From positions 1 through 19,157 of the forward strand of contig CAVXZB010000020.1 in assembly GCA_963765895.1 (NCBI GenBank): a DNA stretch of 19,157 nucleotides, written 5' to 3'. This stretch comes from an uncultured Nitrososphaeraceae archaeon (GTDB lineage: Archaea; Thermoproteota; Nitrososphaeria; Nitrososphaerales; Nitrososphaeraceae). Below are positions 10,518 to 18,997 of the stretch, piece by piece (the first letter of the stretch is position 1; every line of letters starts with the position of its first letter). Below the pieces are notes generated by a model that ran no database searches, was not told the DNA's origin, and saw nothing but the letters and a program-made list of their open reading frames with translations. The position numbers and the translations under genes were made by a program.

Positions 10518-12585
10518 CTATATCCCACCGTCTGATTGGAGGCCAGTTGAAGCAGCATAGTCAGGAAAAGAGGGAGTGTCGAAAGGTAATGCATCGAATC
10601 GAGTCTGACTACCCTGAGGCCACTGTCCTCGTTGGTAATTTATGTTGGTCCCGACCACTGAGTTGTCTGTTCCTATCCACAAGACGTCTATCTCGTTTGA
10701 AGGTCTCATCAAAGCGGCCAGACCACCGCTAGTTGAGGCAGGAGGTCCATATAGTGTGTAAGTGCCTCCCCATCCTTCGGAGGAGTTCCAAGTCATACCA
10801 TACCTACCACCGTTGTATATCCAATATACTTCCATGCTGGCTGGACTGCTCACTACAGCGGACCATACCACCTCTAATTGAGCCACCTGTATTTATTGCG
10901 CGCGCTCCCTTCCACTGTCTATCAGCAGATGAGTTCCAATAAACATATCCATTTTGTGCGTTTGGACATGCTCCACGTTGGCCTGATTCCGTTGGTCCTA
11001 TCCACCATACATCGATTTTGTTTATACCTCCTAACACAGAGGACACAGCAACAATACTATTGCCCCAAGCACTACCCGGTCCTGCTATTTGGTATGGGTT
11101 CCCATATTCGTTTGAATCAAATGCCCCCCCATCATGAAACCATTGACCCTTCACAGAACCATCTCCTTCTATCCACAAGACATCCACGGCGGTAGGTCCA
11201 TTCGGTACAGCGAGCCAGACCACTACTAGTTGAGCACCACCTCATTGGTCGTAATGCCTCCGATCTCCAGTTACCACGATCCCAGTACTCCCGGTAAACC
11301 TGACTATCACATCCAATGCAAAACATTTGTGGAGTATTACGGATGAATAAAGCAGCTATACCACCGCTAGTTGAGCTATATTTGACTGTACTAGGCATTG
11401 TGTTCCAAGTCAAATTCCCATCGACGTCGTAATAACCCACCACATGCTCCACAGAACTATCTGATCTTGTCCACCAGACATGTCGTTCATTCGGCTCTTA
11501 TAAATCGCAGTGATACTACCGCTAGGTACAGATGCGCTACCAGGTAAAGCTAATTGGTATGGTTTTCCCCAGCCTTTATTTACATACAACCTACCATTCA
11601 CAGAACCATTTGAGCCTATCCAGTAGACTTCCAAGTTGCCTGAACCTGTCGCTACAGCAGTGATAGCATGATTGCCAGGATCGTATGCGACCCCTATTTG
11701 TTGACTACTTAAAACGCTCGACAATGTCGGCGGGTTTCGTTCTTCGTCCCAAGGAAATATTTTAGCACTCCTATTCTGATACGGTATAACACCTCCACCG
11801 GTAGTGACGGTACCGTCACTAGGATAATAATCATCGTTGTCTGGTTTATTTATTTGCCATCGATCCCATATACGATCGACGTAGCAGTGATGAAGGAAAA
11901 ATACAGGATCGTTTGGAGAAGTCATGGGGAACATGGATCCACCAACCCAGAGATGGATATGGCCATGGACTTCCTCTAATGCTTTCCTAAAGCTTTTCTC
12001 AAGAATCATTATTCCAAGGGGAAGTGTCATAACTGGTTATATCTTTTAATGCATTACTTACCTGAGCCGAAGTCGGTAATCGGAATCCAGAACCAGCTAA
12101 ATCGCGTTTTAATAAACCAAGTGATATACCATCTTCACCAACAATTTGCCATCTCCGAAAGGGGCCCTCATCTACGATGAAATCATTACTGGGATATCCG
12201 GTGCCACCCATACAATCTTTATTCCAAACAGCCATATCCTTCGGTTCTTTGGAAGAATCCTCTGTCCAGTTCCAATAAGGCAATGTTATGCCAGTGCCAT
12301 TGTCTACCTGCTGTAACTCTTCTTCAAATCTTCGAATGAAATAACGGTGCCACGGGAAGAATGACGGACCTGTATGTGCAACGGCCCGATGTGGGACGTC
12401 TGGTGGAGTAACCTGGCCTACTGGAGTATCCTTATAAGCAGAGCAGCATGATGCCAGAGGACGAATTCGTCATATTTATTACTGGCATGACCACCATCTA
12501 TTTTACTTTTTAGTGCCCTTACTGCCGTAGTAAACCGTAGTAGCTCAGCTTTACTTAATGATGCTACGTTTCTTCTCCAGTTCAT
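10518..12585 (-). CDS. Tyrosinase (MelC2-like type-3 copper protein) fused to a C-terminal 7-repeat lectin-like beta-propeller, ~690 aa, five frameshifts
   Basis: MNWRRNVASLSKAELLRFTTAVRALK...YDEFVLWHH...AHTGPSFFPWHRYF (CuA)...LPYWNW...EEVHGHIHLWVGGSM...SPNDPVFFLHHCYVDRIWDRWQ (CuB). Then seven blades of type hxAh...hEVhWIGxDGSV. Frameshifts near 12440, 12003, 11482, 11212 and 10862. Confidence 0.92.
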
Positions 12586-12600
12586 ATTTGTACACTATGA

Positions 12601-12823
12601 TTAACTAAAGCCTGGGAACACGTCCGCGATCTTCCTAGCCAATGCGGATACCAAGGGATAGGTGGCATAAGGCAGATAAAGTGAAGAATAACTATTACCC
12701 TCTAATAACTTCAATAGATCTTTCTCCAATTTGTAGGTACAATCTTATTATCGTCAGGTTTTCCTCGAAGGAAAATTTCCTATTTTTATAAGTTTCAGTA
12801 AGGTTGTTGGGTGCTTTACTCAT
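12601..12823 (-). CDS. Tyrosinase cofactor/caddie MelC1-like protein (~74 aa); frameshift near 12700
   Basis: MSKAPNNLTETYKNRK...LYLQIGERSIEVIR/EGNSYSSLYLPYATYPLVSALARKIADVFPGFS* aligns by eye to the MelC1 core (FDEVYxGRRI...[25 protein letters not shown]...PRAAARAAVD). Its stop is 15 nt before the tyrosinase ATG. Absent from the ORF track. Confidence 0.72.
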
Positions 12824-13190
12824 CTCAGTTATATCTCCAGTATTCACTACTTTGCAGATATTGTATCATAGCTGTAAAAAATTACTATAATATTCCTATT
12901 AAAGGGTACTATAGATTATTCTCCCTGCTGTTTGTATCATTTGATTTAGTTTACCCTTTTTTAGCTGATCTTTAGACTAGAATGGCCTTCCTATACTGAC
13001 ATTCCCGCTCGGCCCATAATAGAAATCTTCTATGCTACTACATTTATTGGCACTTCCCCAGTAGCTCTGATGTTCAGAAGAATATTTATGTCAAATAAAT
13101 GAGACTTGCGGTAATTGTGTGAGTGGGATAGATCGCTACTTGTCGAAAACTATCCTATATCTTATTATCTGCATGAGAACATTTGTTAAG

Positions 13191-13299
13191 CTAATTCAAT
13201 ACTACCCCAGCATGTGCTGCTTGTGTTCCTGCTATTAGCGTGATTCCTAATCCTCCGGCAATGAGAGCCCAATCATGGCTAGTAATTTCTTGCCATCAT
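13191..13299 (-). CDS. Putative 36-aa secreted peptide precursor (signal peptide + GVVLN); needs two single-G corrections
   Basis: M/DGKKLLAMIG/ALIAGGLGITLIAGTQAAHA-GVVLN*, with ATATAATA about 15-23 nt upstream. Confidence 0.5.
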
Positions 13300-13673
13300 G
13301 TAACTACGTGCATGATATTATATGCGTCTTGTGTGACAAATGTGGTATCGTCTTTTGCCGACAATCCCGCCTTGGATTTTCGTGGAATTGGTTCAGAGAC
13401 ACGTTTGACTCCTTTCCCATTAGGAACAGGTAAGACCATCGAGTCTGCTTTTCGTCGGCTCTCAGGGATGTAGTGTGTGTATATAGCATGATGATAATGA
13501 CAGGTTCGCCGGCGAGCAATCTCGCTTCAAAGAAACATACCGAATGTTTCAACGCCGGCCATGCGCCAGCCATCTATACTTTGGCCATGCATAGGCATGT
13601 GAATTCATCGTCGTTGTCGTTATTATTATAATATTATTATTATGATATCACTATTATTGTTGTTGCCGTGTAA

Positions 13674-15587
13674 TCAAATATAATCTAGCAATGTCTTTTG
13701 CTGAGCCAATTTCTTTATCCTTTCTACTCTATGTAAATTTGAGATTTTGATGCCTACTTTTCTATAGTTAATAGTAGTAGTATTATTATTATTAAAAAAA
13801 CTAAATCTATCCACCAATCCCTGTAAAACAGATGCGATGCTTTCTCTGTCACCACGAGAATTTGAAAATGACGTCTCTCTTGTCTCAATCGAAAAGTCAG
13901 ATCTAACTAGTTTGACTCCCACAGTTCTAAATTCATAGCCATGTTTTCTTACTCTTTCATAAACTTCATCGACAAGTTGATTTAGATGTTGTAGAATCTT
14001 TACTCTATCACTCGTAGCGCGATCTAGTGTTTGTTCTGTACTTATAGATATATTATCTTCCCGTGGCACAACAGGATCATCACTGTCTCTGCCATTAGCT
14101 ACTTGCCACATCCAAAGGCCATTCTTTTTGCCAAACCTGTCCTTTAATTTTTGAACATCATATTTTGCTAGCTGGCCTATGGTTTGAATTCCCATTTCAT
14201 CCTTTAGGACCTGCTGTGTCTTGGCACCTATTCCAGCTATCCTATATACTTCCAAATTCTCCAAGAATTTGTGCACTTGAGCAGGATAGATAACAGTAAG
14301 CCCGTCTGGTTTCTTGAAGTCGGAGGCAACCTTGGCAGCTGACTTTGTAGGAGCTACGCCAATTGATGACAAAAGCCCTCCGCATTGTTGCCTGATTGCA
14401 TCTTTGATTGTGGCGGCATATTCCTCCACATTATTTGCGCCATCGGCAGTTATTTTCTTTGTACAATCCAGATATGCTTCGTCTATGCTGGCCTGCTCTA
14501 ATACATCTGCATACTCTTCTATCAGATTCATGACCTTCTCGGATACTCTGTTGATAATAGGATTTGTTTACAGGATTTAAAATCAGTTGGGGACATAATC
14601 GCTTGGCAGCAAAAAGGGAGATAGCTGACCTGACACCATATTTCCTAGCTTCATAAGAACATGAGGCCACAGCACCTCTGATTATCTTACCTTTGGTTTC
14701 GTCAGTCATAATCACAGCATGCGGTTTCCCCTTTAATGTCGGATCTCTTAGCTCCTCACAAGACGGAAGAAAGAATTAAGGTCTACATGCATTATTACCT
14801 TGCCAATCCACTGGCTATGGCCGTATGTTTTCTCAGGTAAACCTAATAATTTTAATGTCTGATTTGCTTTAGCAGGATTACTAACAACTACTACTACAAA
14901 GCCAATGCCCTCTTCTTCCTCACTGTATCTTCCTCCTCCTCCGCTGCTCTGGTGTTCCACTCGCTAACTTTTCCCTTTGCTTTCTCTATCCATGTCTCTT
15001 CATTACCATTAATCCTAAGGTACAGGAAATCGGCTGTCACAGCTGCATATGAATATCGGCTACTAAAATCAGACCAAACCACAGCCGCTTTGTGCTTATT
15101 TAATAGATTATATGTTAAATCTTGAAACCACGATGTGTGATTGAATTCCAATGCAACTGAATAGCCATGGTAAGTACAAGTATCCTAAGATATCATCAAG
15201 CCATTCTCTCCCGCCATTGCCTAGGGTTAGTTTACTTGGCGGTGGCGACTCTATAATCACAGCAAGAATCTTCTCCTCTAATGGTGCAAGCTCCTCTAGG
15301 AAGTTACCAACTTTGTACGTATCCTCTATGATGTACCTGGGTAGTTTCACGGTAAAGCGAAAATTGTGAGGGGTATTTTTTGCCCACCTTTTGAAAAGCA
15401 GTCTGTCATAAAGTTTGTTGTCATTATCATTCGAATTTCCGCCTCCTCTACTACCCAAATCTAACTCCACGAGATCAAATACCTTGGAGTAATACGCGAG
15501 GTAGTCATTAGGATCTAAGGTGGGCGGATAGAATTCTTCTGACCATCTCTCATCTCTCCATCCCCTACAGCCAACATAATATTTCAA
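13674..15587 (-). CDS. dinB: Y-family DNA polymerase IV with an N-terminal DUF72 domain (apparent fusion, ~637 aa), four frameshifts
   Basis: DUF72 part: YVGCRGW, FYP, YLAYYSKVFDLVE, WAKNTPHNFRFTVKLP, EFNHTSW, TADFLYLRING. Linker ...NPAKANQTLKLLGLPEKTYGHSQWIG runs in frame into the PolY motifs VIMHVDLNSFF/PSCEELRDP...VASCSYEARKYGV...SIDEAYLD...AKVASDFKKPDG...GIGAKT, little finger, and C-terminal PIP box QKTLLDYI. Frameshifts near 15185, ~14950, 14765 and 14547. Confidence 0.88.
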
Positions 15588-15752
15588 ATTTTTTTCCCAA
15601 CTACCTCTGCTATTGTCTACTACCTTTTCACAGACAATATGTTTCCGATAATCATAATAATAAAAAATTGCATAAGCTAAAAAATATTGGCTTATTGTAA
15701 ATTAAAAATTTCAAAACGCTTAACATAATGCTTACGATAGACAGGGTCTACT

Positions 15753-15842
15753 ATGGTTACGTAACAGCCTGATGAGTTTATGTCGCTACAACGAAACCAT
15801 CTCCAATCAGGAGAAAAACAACCCTGACGGCTGTGGTATGCT
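15753..15842 (+). ncRNA. Hammerhead-ribozyme-like core (imperfect stem I)
   Basis: CTGATGA (15769-75), stem II GTT...AAC, GAAA (15793-96). ACCAT can pair with upstream ATGGT-T (15753-58) or downstream GTGGT-A (15833-38). Stem I is non-canonical in both folds. Confidence 0.35.
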
Positions 15843-16097
15843 TAATTATATCGCTAGTGATTTGCGCACGAGATTACCAGAAAAATCAGCCGTCAGGGAC
15901 GTCATGGTATCCATAGTGCTTTATTGATATACTATTCGTATTATTGTGGGTGTATAATAATATCTTTAGTTAACCTATTTTATTTAATTCGAATTAATAT
16001 ATACTATGGTTACTATGGATGCCCTGACGGATACAATATCAATAGTGATCTGAGCGTGAAATATTATGAAACCACTAGTAAATCTAATTCGTCAGGG
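15822..16097. repeat. Nested inverted-repeat array: two CCCTGACG...CGTCAGGG units flanking an AT-rich spacer
   Basis: CCCTGACGGCTG (15822-33) and CAGCCGTCAGGG (15887-98) form a perfect 12-bp IR. CCCTGACG (16022-29) pairs with CGTCAGGG (16090-97). 15890-15918 matches the reverse complement of 16002-16030 at 22/29. Confidence 0.9.
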
Positions 16098-16180
16098 TTC
16101 ATTTTATATACATTAGATATTAATTGCCCGCGATCGTTGATTATCTCATTTGGCTCGAGTGTCACTGATTGTCTCGCGAC

Positions 16181-16192
16181 GCTATATATAGC
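16181..16192 (+). promoter_or_regulatory. Palindromic TATA element GCTATATATAGC upstream of Zn-ribbon copy 2
   Basis: Ends 29 nt before the ATG at 16222; identical to 9616-9627. Confidence 0.7.
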
Positions 16193-16221
16193 TGAGAAAT
16201 AATATACTGTATCATGGGAAC

Positions 16222-16424
16222 ATGTCTATTGTCGATTCCTGGGAACGAACTGTGCATTGTCTTTTTTGCAATTCTATGGCACGTTAAAGCCTACCAAGAC
16301 GAAACGCATAATGTTGCGCTGCAACACTTGTGGAGCTCTACTGTTCGCCAATGGAATATTCTCGCAACTGAGAATTAAGACACTAAGAGATTTCAGATTT
16401 ATACCAATACATGAAATAGAATAA
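16222..16424 (+). CDS. Zn-ribbon mini-protein, copy 2 (best preserved; 1-nt deletion near 16280)
   Basis: MSIVDSWERTVHCLFCNSMA/TLKPTKTKRIMLRCNTCGALLFANGIFSQLRIKTLRDFRFIPIHEIE*. Confidence 0.8.
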
Positions 16425-16807
16425 AGCAATGTCAATAGTATGGTCAATTCTCGCTCAAGTAACGCTATATTGTAGTTCGTAGGCTTGGATTAGTATTTCT
16501 ATTTATTCGCCGGCATGTAGATAGTCTTTTAGTAGATTTCGGTTTAGACGAATCTGCAGCCCTCATCGTATCTTTCGTCTGGAATTACATGTTCTATTGA
16601 TATGATCGTATATTCTTTCTTACCCGATTTCACCTTGCCTGTCACGTACTCGGCAATCATTTGTCTATCTTGTCATTCGCCGGCAAAACTGGGAAGATCC
16701 AATACACAGTAATAAAAATTGGTAAATAGGTCAAATCTTCAGGCGCTATCCTTATTGCAAGATTCACTAGGCGTAGGTAGTATAGTACATTGTCTTTAGT
16801 TAGAGTA

Positions 16808-16849
16808 TTTTTCCACGTCTGCCTGTTTTTTTTTTCTACGTCTGCCTGT
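16808..16849. repeat. Direct repeat TTTTTCYACGTCTGCCTGT x2 (23-bp period) with a T10 run
   Basis: Read directly from the sequence. Confidence 0.75.
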
Positions 16850-17190
16850 CTTATGTTATTATCGATGCAATAAATCAGTTACAGAGTCAAAATAGTATAA
16901 AAATGGATTAATAGTAGTGATGATTAGACAACTCAGATTATTTGGAATATATTAATCTCTCTAGTTCTCTAGTTGCTATTTGCATCAATTGAATATTTAT
17001 TTAGAACCCTCTTCCCAGTACTCAAAGGCTCAGATTTCATATGCCTCATTAATACATTTAACAAAAAGTCACTTTTGCAATGGTACTCCAAATTTTGTAA
17101 TTAGTGAAGCAGAAAAATTGCTGATTAGGTTGGTCAATCTCTTATATCATATGTTGTATACGCATACCGTATAACAAAGAGAGGTGAATT

Positions 17191-18250
17191 TTGGAAAAAA
17201 ATGACGAACAAAATTTAAAGATATTTCGCGAAAGTGAAAAAAACAATATAATCGATGGCACAAGAAGTGACGGTAAGAAGAAGGAGAAGTATAATAGTAA
17301 GGAACAAGCGTTTGATGTAGCAATAATAGGCGGCGGGTTCGCAGGGCTATCCTCAGCATTATTGCTTGGCAGATATATCAGACCTACGGTGGTTTTTGAT
17401 AGTGGGAATACAAGAAACTCTATGACCAGACAAGTCCATGGTTATTTAGGGTATGAAAACGTCTGTCCGAACAGCTTATTAAGAAAACTCGGAAAGATGT
17501 ATTGCAGTATAGATCGATAAAGATAATCAACGAGAAAGTTGAAAAGGTTAAGAAATACAAGGATATTTTTTTATTAACTACAGACAAAAGGATTACTTCT
17601 ATTAAGTGCAGATATGTTGTAATAGCAACAGGAATTGAAGATATAAAGCCAAGTATTAAAAATTTTAGAAAGTTCGATGGAAATGGAGCATGGCATTGCC
17701 CTCATTGTGATGGATTCCAAAGCGAAGGGACAAAGCTCATCATTATTTCGTCTGGTGATAATAGCATAAATTATGCAAAAGAATTCCTGGGATGGACTGA
17801 GAATATTACGCTTTTTATAAATGATAATTATAAGATGAAACAAGAAGAATTAGATGATGCCAAGAAATTAAAGATCAAGATAACAAAATGATATACCTAT
17901 AGAAATTACTGCAAATAAAAAAGGATTTCTCACAGGAATTATATGTAAAAGTGGGAGACTATATCCCGGAGATGTGATATTCTATAATATTGGATACAAA
18001 GTTAGAAATCAGATTGCAAGGCAAATTGGATGCGAAGTAGATGAGCATGGGTTTGTCAAAGCGAATAACATGCAGCAAACCACAGTTCCTAACGTTTATG
18101 CAGTAGGAGATATAGCTACGATAGACACTATGTAGTCCTAGCAGAGCCAGTGGAGCACTTGCTTCTATATCGATTTACGAAACCCTTCTAAGAGATGCCA
18201 TCAAGAGAAGAAGATCTGGAACATCTAAATCAACCATTAACACAACGTGA
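17191..18250 (+). CDS. Thioredoxin-reductase-like NAD(P)/FAD-dependent oxidoreductase (CPHC type), four frameshifts
   Basis: FDVAIIGGGFAGLSSAL (FAD-binding), VHGYLG, VVIATG, HCPHCDG (redox CxxC), QQTTVPNVYAVGDI, then /DRHYVVLA/ASGALASISIYETLL. Frameshifts near 17470, 17886, 18120 and 18144. Confidence 0.9.
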
Positions 18251-18766
18251 GAAAATGAAGGATGATGTAGTAGCACACTTATCAGACCAACTTATGATCA
18301 TGATCGGAAGATTGTAGAACTCAGCTGAGACAAATATCGGTTAGGCATACTATGTTTGAAAAGCTTAATGAAATATAAGTAATATGTCTAATGGTCCAAT
18401 GACTCCATAATCTATGTAAGTGCATCCAATGGATAATTATTTAGCCGGCTGAAAGTGAGGTGTATAATATCGGACGTGACTGTAAGCAGCATCGATGATT
18501 TAGGTAATTAATTCATATTTCGTCTTCATTTCTTTTTTATTTTTATTCCAATGCTGCTGGTACTCCAGATTCTTGCGTGTGGTACTTTGGACTGGGACAC
18601 ATGTTCTACGGATGTATTTGCATCTGCATACTTACTTCGCTTTCTTATCACCTAGTCTGTACCTAACAGTGGTCATTTGTTTTATTTCGTTGTTAGTCTG
18701 TTTGCCGGCGATCTTTAAGTAGTTATAAGATTTAGCGAATAAACCCAAATTGTTCACTCTCTTATC

Positions 18767-18778
18767 GTTATATATAGT
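18767..18778 (+). promoter_or_regulatory. Variant TATA element GTTATATATAGT upstream of Zn-ribbon copy 3
   Basis: Ends 24 nt before the ATG at 18803; followed by TAGATATGA as in copy 1. Confidence 0.65.
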
Positions 18779-18802
18779 TAGATATGAGTATAATATAGTA
18801 AA

Positions 18803-18997
18803 ATGCTGTTACAACCCATGAGAGCGTATGTGAATTGTCTTTTTTTTTGTAATTCTATGGCAATACTCAAGCCAACCAGGACTAGACGTATAATGTCGCG
18901 ATACAATACATGCGGGGCTCTGGTGTTTGCAAACGGAGTATTCTCGCAACGGAGAATTATGATATTGAAGAATTACGCTTTTCCATCCCTACGTTGA
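18803..18997 (+). CDS. Zn-ribbon mini-protein, copy 3 (third Cys replaced by Tyr; possibly decaying)
   Basis: MLLQPMRAYVNCLFFCNSMAILKPTRTRRIMSRYNTCGALVFANGVFSQRRIMILKNYAFPSLR*. Confidence 0.75.
   Translation: MLLQPMRAYVNCLFFCNSMAILKPTRTRRIMSRYNTCGALVFANGVFSQRRIMILKNYAFPSLR

Noticed and set aside
10058-11195. Plus-strand ORFs overlapping the RTX gene and the lectin domain
   Set aside because: Antisense shadows of well-supported minus-strand genes.
14431-15190. Programmed ribosomal frameshifting in DUF72-dinB
   Set aside because: Four shifts of mixed direction with no convincing slippery heptamer plus stimulator, and the same indel density in unrelated genes. Sequencing error is simpler.
14314-15369. 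Plus-strand ORFs 14314-14580 and 15151-15369
   Set aside because: Antisense to DUF72-dinB.
15924-16202. 92-aa Tyr-rich ORF
   Set aside because: Runs through the AT-rich spacer, the IR unit and the Zn-ribbon promoter; composition reflects AT bias.
16544-16702. Minus-strand short ORF MIAEYVTGKVKSGKKEYTIISIEHVIPDERYDEGCRFV
   Set aside because: Plausible composition, but under 40 aa with an upstream in-frame stop and no recognisable family.
18543-18677. Minus-strand fragment VCRCK/HP*NMCPSPKYH divergent from Zn-ribbon copy 3
   Set aside because: Needs two stop read-throughs and a frameshift, with no counterpart beside copies 1 and 2.
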